Below are positions 30,967 through 39,299 of a DNA stretch of 64,000 bases, in pieces. Numbering within the stretch: the stretch's first letter is position 1; each line of letters starts with the position of its first letter. The translations under genes and the position numbers were made by a program. Below the pieces are notes generated by a model that worked only from the letters and a program-made list of their open reading frames with translations, was not told the origin of the DNA and did not search any database. Origin of the DNA: Chloroflexota bacterium (GTDB taxonomy: Bacteria > Chloroflexota > Dehalococcoidia > Dehalococcoidales > UBA2162). The DNA is taken from positions 8,909-72,908 of the forward strand of contig JAZDIU010000089.1 in assembly GCA_043804635.1 (NCBI GenBank), given 5' to 3'.

Positions 30967-31989
30967 TTACCCCTTCTTAGGAAAACTCTGGGTGAGTTTG
31001 ATTAGCTGTTCCAATTTAGCCAGGGCTTTACTGCTATCTATCGACTCCTCGGCTAATTTTATACCTTGTTTAAGTGATTGAGCCTTATCCCCGGCGACTA
31101 GAGCCGCGGCAGCATTCAATAATACCACGTCCCGCTGGGGACCCCAGATGCCGGATAGAACGTTGCGCTGCACAGTAGCACAATCACTGACGGTGCCGCC
31201 TTTCAAGCTGTCCGGGCTGGCTCGCGATATGCCGAAGTCCTCCGGGCTGATGAAATAGTTTTTGATATTGCCGTCTTTTAGCTCAGAGACCTGGGTCCGG
31301 GCGGTGACGGTGATTTCGTCCAGTCCATCCTCGCCGTGAACAACCAGCGCGTGTTGACTACCCAGACTTTTGAGCACCTGTGCCAGCTTTTCCACCAGCG
31401 AGCCGTCAGGAACGCCAAGCACCTGGAATTTAGCCCCAGCCGGATTCGTCAGGGGACCCAGAATATTGAACACGGTGCGGATGCCAATCTCGCGGCGGGG
31501 AGCGCCCGCATATTTCATCGCCGGGTGAAAAGCCTGGGCGAACATAAATCCAATGCCCACCTCTTCGAGGCACTTCTCAACCTCTGTAGCGGTCAGGTCT
31601 ATCTTGACGCCCAGTCCTTCGAGGACATCGGCACTGCCGCATTTACTGCTCGCCGCCCGGTTGCCATGCTTGGCTACCTTGAGTCCGGCACCAGCCACTA
31701 TGAAAGCGGCCGCCGTGGAAATATTGAAAGTACCTGAGCTATCGCCGCCGGTGCCGCAGGTATCTACCACGTTACCGTTAGCTTTCACCTGAATAGCCTT
31801 AGCCCGCATAACTTTAGCCAGGCCGGCGATTTCCTCAACCGTCTCCCCCTTGAGCCTGAGGGCGGTAACAAAAGCGCCGAACTGTGCGGGAGTTACCTGT
31901 CCCTCCATTATTTCTCCCATCACTTGGGAGGCTTCCTCCATTGTCAGCGACTTTCCGGATACTAAGGCTTGAATAGCTTCTTTAATCAT
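30967..31989 (-). CDS. trpD: Anthranilate phosphoribosyltransferase
   Basis: DTCGTGGD, NIST, KHGNR, GLDE. Confidence 0.97.
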   Translation of the reverse strand: MIKEAIQALVSGKSLTMEEASQVMGEIMEGQVTPAQFGAFVTALRLKGETVEEIAGLAKVMRAKAIQVKANGNVVDTCGTGGDSSGTFNISTAAAFIVAGAGLKVAKHGNRAASSKCGSADVLEGLGVKIDLTATEVEKCLEEVGIGFMFAQAFHPAMKYAGAPRREIGIRTVFNILGPLTNPAGAKFQVLGVPDGSLVEKLAQVLKSLGSQHALVVHGEDGLDEITVTARTQVSELKDGNIKNYFISPEDFGISRASPDSLKGGTVSDCATVQRNVLSGIWGPQRDVVLLNAAAALVAGDKAQSLKQGIKLAEESIDSSKALAKLEQLIKLTQSFPKKG

Positions 31990-32560
31990 GGTTCCTCCCC
32001 ACAGCTAGGAAATTTTTTAATATATCCTTCCCCACCTCGGTCATAAAAGATTCGGGGTGGAACTGGATGCCTTCAACCGGGAACTGCTTATGCCTGATGC
32101 CCATAATTTCGTCATCAGCCGTCCAGGCAGTTACTTCCAGGCAGTCGGGCAGTCCTTCCCGCTTGACCACCAGTGAGTGGTAGCGGATGGCGGAGAAGGG
32201 GCTGGGTAGTCCCGCCAGCAATCCCTGGCTGTTATGGTAGATTTGAGAGGACTTGCCGTGCATTATCTGCTTCGCCCGCCCGACGATGCCGCCGTAGCTA
32301 TAGCCGATGCACTGGTGTCCCAGGCAGACACCGAGAACAGGCAGTTTGGGACCGAAGTGCTTGATGACCTCGTTGGAGATACCCGCATTCTTCGGGTTTG
32401 ACGGTCCGGGTGAGACCACGATTCGCTCCGGTTTCATCCGCTCGATTTCATCAACGGTGGCCTTATCATTGCGTACCACCACGACCTCCTGTCCCAGTTC
32501 GCTTAGATACTGGAAGAGGTTGTAGGTGAAGCTATCGTAATTATCTATTAGCAGCAACAT
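31982..32560 (-). CDS. trpG: Anthranilate synthase component II
   Basis: IDNYDSFT, GVCLGHQ, QFHPES. Confidence 0.95.
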   Translation of the reverse strand: MLLLIDNYDSFTYNLFQYLSELGQEVVVVRNDKATVDEIERMKPERIVVSPGPSNPKNAGISNEVIKHFGPKLPVLGVCLGHQCIGYSYGGIVGRAKQIMHGKSSQIYHNSQGLLAGLPSPFSAIRYHSLVVKREGLPDCLEVTAWTADDEIMGIRHKQFPVEGIQFHPESFMTEVGKDILKNFLAVGRNHD

Positions 32561-34064
32561 GTCTTCCCTCCTTACTCCCCGAGCTTTCCGCCTGGCTGAT
32601 GGCTCTCAACAGTGCCCGGGCTTTATTCATAGTTTCCTCATATTCTTGCTCCGGGACGCTGTCATAAACAATGCCGCCACCCGCCTGCACATAGGCCGTC
32701 CCATTCTTCACGGACATCGTCCTGATAGCGATTGCCATATCCATATTGCCGGAGAAAGAAAAATAGCCGACCGCCCCGGCATAGGGTCCCCGCTTCTCCG
32801 GTTCGACCTCGGTGATGATTTCCATCGCTCTGATTTTGGGTGCCCCCGATACCGTGCCGGCCGGGAAGCAGGCACGCAGGGCATCGAAGGCGGTCATATC
32901 GTGTTTCAGCCTGCCCTGGACGTTGGTTACCAGGTGCATAACGTGCGAGTAGCGCTCAACGTCCATCAGTTCGCTGACCTCGACCGTGCCCGGCTCGCTC
33001 ACCCGGCCGATGTCGTTGCGCCCCAGGTCGACCAGCATAATGTGCTCGGCGCGCTCTTTTTCGTCACTGCGAAGCTCCTGTTCAAGCTGAGCATCTTCCT
33101 CCGGGGTCTTGCCGCGGCGACGGGTGCCAGCCAGGGGTCGGGTAGTAACGATACCATCCTCCACCCTGACCAGAATCTCAGGAGAAGCGCCGATAATATG
33201 GAAGTCGCCGAAATCGAGAAAGAACATATAGGGCGAGGGATTGATGGTGCGCAGCGCCCGGTAGATTTCGAAGGGAGCCGCTTTGGTGGGGCAGGAAAGG
33301 CGCTGGGAGGGGACGACCTGTATGGCTTCGCCCGCAGTAATGTATTCTTTAATTTTGCGGACGCTCGCCTCGAAGCCTTCCCGCCTGAAATTCGACGTGA
33401 ATTTAGCTTCGCCAGCCGCAGTCGGGCTATTACCATTGATATGATGGCCTGTCCTGACTTGTCCCGAGTCGTATCGAGGGAGCGAAGTCGAAGGGCTCGG
33501 CGTGATTGGCTGGTTCAATCTATCGATAAGGTTGTCGATCCGCCGCGTGGCTTCTGTGTAAGCTTTCTCTATGTTGCCATCTGTGTGAACGTGGCTCAAG
33601 ACTTTGATTTTGTGAGTAACGTGGTCGAAGATGAGCACCGTATCCACGAGCATAAAGACGGACTCAGGCAAGCCCAGGGGGTCGGGTTCCGGAGAAGGTA
33701 ATTTCTCAAAACGGGTCACCGTTTCATAGGCGAGGTAGCCCACGGCACCCCCGCAGAACTTGGGTAGTCCGCTCACCGGCACTATCTTGTATTTATTAAA
33801 CTCTCTGGAAACGAGGGAAAGGGGGTCGGTCTTGTCCTTCCCTTTAACGGTCAGCACTTTATATGGGTCGGTGCCGATGAAGCTATAGCGGGCTAATCGC
33901 TCACCGCCTTCGACGCTTTCCAGAAGAAAGGAATGGCCGCCGCGGTTGATTTTGAGGAAGGCAGACACCGGCGTCTCGAGGTCGGCAACGATTTCCCGGT
34001 AGACCGGCACCAGGTTGCCCTGCTGAGCCAGTTTCTTGACCTCGGCTAGAGTTGGATAATACAT
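32541..34064 (-). CDS. trpE: Anthranilate synthase component I with 16-aa element-derived insert
   Basis: LLESV, NPSPY, EHIMLVDLGRND, GAPK; start set to ATG 34064 after GGAGG. Confidence 0.96.
   Translation of the reverse strand: MYYPTLAEVKKLAQQGNLVPVYREIVADLETPVSAFLKINRGGHSFLLESVEGGERLARYSFIGTDPYKVLTVKGKDKTDPLSLVSREFNKYKIVPVSGLPKFCGGAVGYLAYETVTRFEKLPSPEPDPLGLPESVFMLVDTVLIFDHVTHKIKVLSHVHTDGNIEKAYTEATRRIDNLIDRLNQPITPSPSTSLPRYDSGQVRTGHHINGNSPTAAGEAKFTSNFRREGFEASVRKIKEYITAGEAIQVVPSQRLSCPTKAAPFEIYRALRTINPSPYMFFLDFGDFHIIGASPEILVRVEDGIVTTRPLAGTRRRGKTPEEDAQLEQELRSDEKERAEHIMLVDLGRNDIGRVSEPGTVEVSELMDVERYSHVMHLVTNVQGRLKHDMTAFDALRACFPAGTVSGAPKIRAMEIITEVEPEKRGPYAGAVGYFSFSGNMDMAIAIRTMSVKNGTAYVQAGGGIVYDSVPEQEYEETMNKARALLRAISQAESSGSKEGRHVAANR
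33448..33495 (+). repeat. Nested double hairpin element A (24+24 bp) in frame in trpE
   Basis: cctgtcctga[cttgtcccgagtcgtatcgaggga]gcgaagtcgaaggg. Confidence 0.9.
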
Positions 34065-34077
34065 ATAGCACCTCCGA

Positions 34078-34115
34078 AACAAAAACCCCCTCGTCCTATA
34101 GGGGCGAGGGGGTTT
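34078..34115 (-). terminator. T-box intrinsic terminator
   Basis: aaaccccctcgcccctataggacgagggggtttttg on the minus strand. Confidence 0.9.
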
Positions 34116-34137
34116 CCTTCGCGGTGCCACCCTAATT

Positions 34138-34263
34138 GTCCTTCACAAAGTGAAGGACATCTCTTTCAAGTACGATCCTTCACTTGTGAAGGACGATACC
34201 CTGGACTTTGATTACGGTGTCCTTCCGTCAAAACCTACTCACATCCTTCACCTTGTGAAGGAC
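34138..34263. repeat. Three copies of palindrome B within the T-box leader (34138-34158, 34175-34194, 34243-34263)
   Basis: RTCCTTCAC-N2-3-GTGAAGGAC. Confidence 0.92.
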
Positions 34264-34398
34264 CTTTTCGGTTTGAGGCTCCCGAGTCCATTCGACCTTA
34301 GCGTTAGCACCGGGCTCACACCTTTCCCCGGCTCTCTGAGCCTTGCTTGGGGTCTACTAGTCTCGTTCTCAGCCTTTGACTTTATTCTATTGTGTTTA

Positions 34399-34428
34399 AG
34401 TATAAATATGAGATGGGGAGTTTGTCAA
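34399..34428 (-). promoter_or_regulatory. Sigma70 promoter of the trp operon
   Basis: TTGACA-18-TATACT. Confidence 0.8.
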
Positions 34429-34454
34429 GTGCGTTGGTGAATTGAAATATATTG

Positions 34455-34646
34455 TCAGTATTTCTTCGCAATGACATCGGCTAAGCGGTTAACGGCGTCA
34501 GCCAAACGATTGATAGATTCTGTCTCTTTATTAACAGTTCCATAAACTTTTTGTGTCCCGCCGCCAGCTTTCCTAAAAAGATAAAGGAGCAAAGCACCGA
34601 AAAAAATGAGAGGCAAGAAGCCAATTACTAAATTTCCCCAATCCAT
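34455..34646 (-). CDS. 63-aa membrane microprotein homologous to FtsH TM2
   Basis: 18/24 identity to FtsH segment 5195-5266; AAAGGAGGT RBS; promoter upstream. Confidence 0.85.
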   Translation of the reverse strand: MDWGNLVIGFLPLIFFGALLLYLFRKAGGGTQKVYGTVNKETESINRLADAVNRLADVIAKKY

Positions 34647-34691
34647 CTTATTTACCTCCTTTGTAAACTGGTGCGGTGTTTAGCGGCTATA

Positions 34692-34720
34692 AATATAGTT
34701 TAGAGAAACGATAAAGTCAA
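34692..34720 (-). promoter_or_regulatory. Promoter of the microprotein gene
   Basis: TTGACT-17-TATATT. Confidence 0.6.
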
Positions 34721-34732
34721 TGCGGGCCAGTT

Positions 34733-34790
34733 TCCCCTTCCCTTGTAAGGGATTCATCCTGAAGGAAGGGGATAAAGGGGATAGGTTGTC
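34733..34790. repeat. CCCCTTCC...GGAAGGGGATA..GGATAGGT element D
   Basis: Related copies at 35975-36018 and 60280-60297. Confidence 0.75.
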
Positions 34791-34858
34791 ACCTTACAAA
34801 AGCTATTGACAATTAGATTGTTACGTTGTTTTATTATCCCTGCGCCCCTTTGCTTAAT

Positions 34859-35893
34859 ATGAAAAAGCAAAATGCCCTCTTAATAGCTCTCCTCGTTTTC
34901 GCTGTAGTTCTCGCTGGCTGCAGTTCTCCAGGAGTAAATACCACAATCCCGGAAGAAGCAACAGCAAAGAGCACAGTCGCCACCACCCAGGACAGCCTTC
35001 CAATCATTGATGCTGACAGCGACGGAATTAAAGACTCGATTGAAAATCAGCTAATAGAATCTTTTGTTCCAATCGTTAAATTCCATCCGCAAGAGCAGTA
35101 TTTACCCGCAAATGTTCCCTGGTATTTATCCAGAGCCCGAATGCGTTATAACGTTAATCGTGGATTTGATGACAAAATCATTGAAAAAGGAACTTTAAAC
35201 CTTACTAATTTAATAACGCAAACTTGCCAGGGACAGCCATCGGGATTATGTGAAACGACGACGGAGTTCTTCTTAGAAGCCACCGATAAAAACGGTGGTG
35301 ATGCTCTCGATGATTACAGGAAGGAAACAAGAAAGGGAACAGACTCATCAAATTGGGTCTGTTACGCTCATGTGCGACCATCTCCATCCACGCCGGAAAT
35401 GTGCGACATCCAGTATATTTTCCTCTACGCTTATAACGGGAGTATAATATCAGAACCCGTTCAGAGTGCTCACGAAGCCGATTTTGAGCACATAACTGTC
35501 AGGGTTGAGAAAGACCTTAAAACTGTTTACGGGATATATTATGCCGCCCATGATGGTGAAGGTAAGTGGTACAAAATCGCTTCTGCAGGGCAAGGGGGTT
35601 ACACATTAAATGGCGGGCGACCTGTAGTCTATTCGGCGGTAGATTCTCATGCCAGTTATCCAAATGCCGGTAAATGGCTTCGCAAGTTAATGCCAGATGA
35701 CGTAACTGAGGACGGTGGTCCGGTATGGGATTGCCAGAAAAATGTAATCAATTTAGGTGAAAAGTCTCACCCTTGTCTAAATATGCAGTGGATACAATAT
35801 TCGGGGCGGTGGGGAGAAATCGGTGAAGCAAGTTGGACTTGTGGCCCCTACGGTCCAGCTTATCAAAATTGGTGGAACGCCGACCCCGAATAA
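34859..35893 (+). CDS. Lipoprotein with Vps62/NPP1-like domain
   Basis: Lipobox VLAGC, DADSDGIKD Ca-loop, HEADFEHI, SHASY, YSGRWG, GPYGP; start set to ATG 34859. Confidence 0.75.
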   Translation: MKKQNALLIALLVFAVVLAGCSSPGVNTTIPEEATAKSTVATTQDSLPIIDADSDGIKDSIENQLIESFVPIVKFHPQEQYLPANVPWYLSRARMRYNVNRGFDDKIIEKGTLNLTNLITQTCQGQPSGLCETTTEFFLEATDKNGGDALDDYRKETRKGTDSSNWVCYAHVRPSPSTPEMCDIQYIFLYAYNGSIISEPVQSAHEADFEHITVRVEKDLKTVYGIYYAAHDGEGKWYKIASAGQGGYTLNGGRPVVYSAVDSHASYPNAGKWLRKLMPDDVTEDGGPVWDCQKNVINLGEKSHPCLNMQWIQYSGRWGEIGEASWTCGPYGPAYQNWWNADPE

Positions 35894-35936
35894 ATGATAA
35901 CTGATAGTTCCCCCATTCTCTTTATTGGAAGAGTTT

Positions 35937-35970
35937 GAGAGAGGGGGCGAAGCCCCCTCTCTCTTTTTTT
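35937..35970 (+). terminator. Intrinsic terminator
   Basis: gagagaggggg-cgaag-ccccctctctc followed by T7. Confidence 0.75.
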
Positions 35971-36045
35971 CATTCCCCTTCCCTTATTGAAGGGAAGGGG
36001 ATAAAGAGGATAGGTTGCCCTCCATTAAAAAGCGACAAAACTTGC

Positions 36046-36075
36046 TTGACAAGCTTAGAACATATGTGCTACCAT
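36046..36075 (+). promoter_or_regulatory. Sigma70 promoter with LexA-like box between -35 and -10
   Basis: TTGACA-18-TACCAT; AGAACATATGTGCT at 36057-36070. Confidence 0.7.
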
Positions 36076-36122
36076 TTATCCTGACCTGTTCTGAGCGTAG
36101 TCGAAGAAACGTAGTTGAAGGA
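36075..36122 (+). repeat. Nested double hairpin element A
   Basis: tttatcctga[cctgttctgagcgtagtcgaagaa]acgtagttgaagga. Confidence 0.88.
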
Positions 36123-36130
36123 TCTAACCT

Positions 36131-36562
36131 ATGATGCAAGAAAATATAAGAAGCCCCGGCGGTCAACCTGGTAACCAGAACGCCCGCACCCATGGCTTTT
36201 ACTCAAAAAGGCTTACTCAAGAACAACTTGAATCATTCCAATCAGCTAAAGACTTGAAAAGTCTAGATGATGAAATCGCCATCCTGCGCCTGAAAATCGA
36301 TTCTATTCTGGCTAATGACCCTCAAAATTACCGGGTGTTGATGCAAGCCCTGTCCTTACTAGCACGACTCCTTCAGGCAAGAATACTGATTGATAAAAAT
36401 AACCCGCGTAAGGAATCAAAAGCCATTGAAGTCCTGAGGGAAATGTATGCATCGGTAATTGGTCCGCCCGAAAATGTCAGCAGGCACGGTCAACTCTATC
36501 GACTTTTAAAAAATGACCCTTCCTCAGATTCTCCTCCCGAAAATGAGGAAAGTCGTTTCTGA
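36131..36562 (+). CDS. Hypothetical protein with a terminase-small-subunit-like GQPGNxNAxxHG motif
   Basis: GGQPGNQNARTHGFYS...LDDEIAILR. Confidence 0.7.
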   Translation: MMQENIRSPGGQPGNQNARTHGFYSKRLTQEQLESFQSAKDLKSLDDEIAILRLKIDSILANDPQNYRVLMQALSLLARLLQARILIDKNNPRKESKAIEVLREMYASVIGPPENVSRHGQLYRLLKNDPSSDSPPENEESRF

Positions 36563-36655
36563 AAAGGGGGGGACAAAAACGAAACGAAACGAATAAAAAT
36601 CTCTCCCTTTCATAAAGGGAGAGTGAGAGGGATTTTAGGGAGAACCGAATCCTCT

Positions 36656-37255
36656 CTACGCCTGTTTCTGCCAGCCCAGCGGCGGGAAGAAAGTGCCGTC
36701 GAGGCTCTCTTTGACGATTTTACCGCCGGGGCAAAGAGCGAAACACTCCCGGCAGCCGGGGCAGACTTTAGAAGCGACCTCCGGTATAAAAGCCACTTCG
36801 CGCTCAGTACCTCTACCCACAAATCCGATAGCGTTGGCTTTCTTGACCTCGGCACAGTAGCGGACGCACAAGCCGCACATAATGCAGCCGGTGTTTTCAC
36901 CGGGGAAGCGTGACTTTTCAATGCCGTATTTTTTAGCCAGGGTCTGGATAGGTCCGGTCGGACAGCCGGGTAAAAGCAGTTCGATAATCATTTTACGAAT
37001 TTTGGTCAGCCGTTCCGATTCCGTGGTTACCACCAGCCCCTCTTCCACAGGGTATACACAGGAAGCCACCAGCCTCGTCCGTTTATTCTTACCGATTTCG
37101 ACCGTGCAGAGTCGGCAGCCGCCATAAGGCGCCATTCTTTCGTCGTAACAGAGGGTCGGGATATCGATGCCGGCTTTGCGGGCGGCTTGAAGGACAGTGG
37201 TGCCCTCATCTACCTCAACGGTTTTACCATCTATTTCCAGCTTTATCTTTGCCAT
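36656..37255 (-). CDS. NuoG/HydA N-terminal-like Fe-S subunit without catalytic domain
   Basis: IPTLC...GGCRLC...ASC [2Fe-2S]; CIMCGLCVRYC and CPGCRECFALCP. Confidence 0.9.
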   Translation of the reverse strand: MAKIKLEIDGKTVEVDEGTTVLQAARKAGIDIPTLCYDERMAPYGGCRLCTVEIGKNKRTRLVASCVYPVEEGLVVTTESERLTKIRKMIIELLLPGCPTGPIQTLAKKYGIEKSRFPGENTGCIMCGLCVRYCAEVKKANAIGFVGRGTEREVAFIPEVASKVCPGCRECFALCPGGKIVKESLDGTFFPPLGWQKQA

Positions 37256-37262
37256 ATTATCC

Positions 37263-39173
37263 TCACTTTTTCCGTGCTACCTTGGTGCCGGGAGCGGTTA
37301 CCGGCACACGCTCGCCCGAAAGTTTTGTCACCGCCCCAAAGCGGACCGGGCAAACATCGAGGCAGGTGCCGCACTTGGTGCACTTCGACTGGTCGATGAT
37401 ATGAACGGTATCCTTGCCGCCGATAATGGCTTCCGCCGGACAATTCCGCAAGCAGAGGAGACACGCCTGGCATTTCTCAGGGAGAATGTAATAGTTAATA
37501 AGCGCTTTGCACACGCCGGCGGGACAACGCTTCTCACGGATGTGTGCTTCATATTCATCCCTGAAATACTTGATGGTGCTCAATACCGGATTGGCGGCAG
37601 TCGTGCCCAGGGCGCAGAGGGAAGCATCCCGCATTACCTCGGCGATTTCCTGAAGAAACTCGATATCGCCTTCCTTGCCCTCGCCGTTGGTGATGTTATT
37701 CAAGATGTTGAGCATCTGTCTTAGTCCCTCGCGGCAGGGGGAGCATTTGCCGCAGGATTCCTCGGATAGGAAATTGACAAAGTACCGGGCGATATCCACC
37801 ATACAGTTATCTTCATCCATCACAATCATTCCGCCCGAGCCCATCATCGAGCCGGCTTTGGCTAGCTCGTCGAAGTCCACCGGCATATCCAACTGGCTTT
37901 CTGGAAGACAGCCGCCGGATGGTCCGCCGGTCTGAACGGCTTTGAACTCTTTGCCTTTGGGGATACCACCGCCGATATCGAAGATAATCTTTCTGAGGGT
38001 TGTCCCCAGCGGCACTTCAACGAGACCGGTATTGTTTACTTTGCCGACTAATGAGAATATCTTGGTCCCGTAATTACCCTTAGAGCCGATGCCCTTGAAC
38101 CAGTCCAGGCCTTTATTTATGATTAAGGGCACGTTCGCCCACGTCTCAACGTTGTTCAAGTCGCTGGGTTTCTCCCAGACACCGCTGACGGCAGTGCGGA
38201 CATATTTGGGCCTGGGCTCGCCGACCCTCCCTTCAATTGCCGTCATCAAAGCGCTGGACTCTCCTGAGACAAAAGCACCGGCACCCCGGTGTATAGCGAC
38301 ATCGAAGTTGAAACCCGACCCCAGAATATTCTCGCCGAGAAGTCCGTATTCTCGTGCTTGCTCAAGAGCTACGATAACGTTCTGCACGGCGAGAGGATAT
38401 TCCTGTCGGACGTAGATAAAACCCTGATTAGCACCGATAACATAAGCCCCGATGATTAATCCTTCAAGCACGCTGTGGGGGTTGCCTTCAAGTAGACTGC
38501 GGTTCATATAAGCACCGGGGTCGCCCTCGTCAGCATTGACAATTACGTATTTGGGTTCGCCGGAAGCGTTGCGGGTGGTCTCCCACTTGATGCCGGTGGG
38601 GAAACCGCCGCCGCCTCTGCCCCGTAGGTTAGAGTCTTTTATCATTTGCAAGACTTTATCACTACCAAGCTCGAACAGGGCTTTAGCGAGAGCCGAATAA
38701 CCGCCGAGGGCGATGTAGTCATCGATATTCTTGGGGTCGATAAGCCGGTTGCTGCCAAGCAGAAGGCGGTTCTGGCTCTTATAGAATGGTATATCAGCTT
38801 CGAGAGCAATACTTTTACCTTTTGCATCCTTGTAGTGTAAACGTCCGACAGCCTTGTTTTCACCCAGGGTCTGAGAAATAATATCGGCGGCATCCGCACT
38901 CTTTACGCCCAGATAGCACACTTCCTGGGGGAAAATGACTACAATGGGACCTCGCTCGCAAAAACCGTGGCACCCGGTACGCCGGACGGTAATTTTCTTC
39001 TTAAGTCCCTGTTTTTCAATTTCATTGACAAAAGTATCAGCCACGTCTTCGGCACGGTAAGCCTGGCACCCCGTTCCCGAACAAACTGTAATGCAGGGAA
39101 GGTTGGGGTCGCGCTGAGAGACCAGTTTTTTTCTGAATTTCTCCAGCTCTGCTGGTGAATTTAATTTTGGCAT
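37263..39173 (-). CDS. NuoF/HydB-like FMN and Fe-S subunit
   Basis: N-terminal thioredoxin-like [2Fe-2S], GRGGGGFPTG, NADEGDPG, ESCGKCSPCR, C-terminal 2x[4Fe-4S]. Confidence 0.93.
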   Translation of the reverse strand: MPKLNSPAELEKFRKKLVSQRDPNLPCITVCSGTGCQAYRAEDVADTFVNEIEKQGLKKKITVRRTGCHGFCERGPIVVIFPQEVCYLGVKSADAADIISQTLGENKAVGRLHYKDAKGKSIALEADIPFYKSQNRLLLGSNRLIDPKNIDDYIALGGYSALAKALFELGSDKVLQMIKDSNLRGRGGGGFPTGIKWETTRNASGEPKYVIVNADEGDPGAYMNRSLLEGNPHSVLEGLIIGAYVIGANQGFIYVRQEYPLAVQNVIVALEQAREYGLLGENILGSGFNFDVAIHRGAGAFVSGESSALMTAIEGRVGEPRPKYVRTAVSGVWEKPSDLNNVETWANVPLIINKGLDWFKGIGSKGNYGTKIFSLVGKVNNTGLVEVPLGTTLRKIIFDIGGGIPKGKEFKAVQTGGPSGGCLPESQLDMPVDFDELAKAGSMMGSGGMIVMDEDNCMVDIARYFVNFLSEESCGKCSPCREGLRQMLNILNNITNGEGKEGDIEFLQEIAEVMRDASLCALGTTAANPVLSTIKYFRDEYEAHIREKRCPAGVCKALINYYILPEKCQACLLCLRNCPAEAIIGGKDTVHIIDQSKCTKCGTCLDVCPVRFGAVTKLSGERVPVTAPGTKVARKK

Positions 39174-39202
39174 AATTATCTCCTCATCTTGAGCTTAAGA
39201 TC

Positions 39203-39274
39203 TCACTCCGAACATAGGGCGGGTATTTTTGTTGCCCGCGTCACCTCTTTAAGGTCACAAATTGTGACCTTAAA
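39203..39274 (-). pseudogene. Decayed ORF6N-domain-like fragment containing a perfect 13-bp inverted repeat
   Basis: Minus-strand frame LRSQFVTLKR*RGQQKYPPYV; palindrome at 39248-39274. Confidence 0.5.
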
Positions 39275-39299
39275 AATCAGCATTTTCTTTTTCCTTTAT

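Larger units (their letters stand above)
34078..34392 (-). ncRNA. Trp T-box riboswitch leader
   Basis: Stem I with AGUA and AG box; UGG specifier at 34290-34288; T-box AATTAGGGTGGCACCGCG at 34137-34120; terminator follows. Confidence 0.93.

Noticed and set aside
32559..33701. 380-aa plus-strand ORF
   Set aside because: Antisense shadow of trpE with no motifs.
34065..34130. 22-aa N-terminal extension of TrpE in the ORF track
   Set aside because: It translates the T-box antiterminator/terminator; ATG 34064 has a GGAGG RBS.
34138..34263. Three palindromic repeats as a mini CRISPR array
   Set aside because: Spacers are 16 and 48 bp, there are no cas genes, and the intervening DNA is T-box structure.
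34150..34440. 96-aa plus-strand ORF or trp leader peptide
   Set aside because: It is antisense to the T-box leader, and attenuation is explained by the riboswitch.
36131..36562. Prophage
   Set aside because: No integrase, large terminase, portal or capsid genes nearby.
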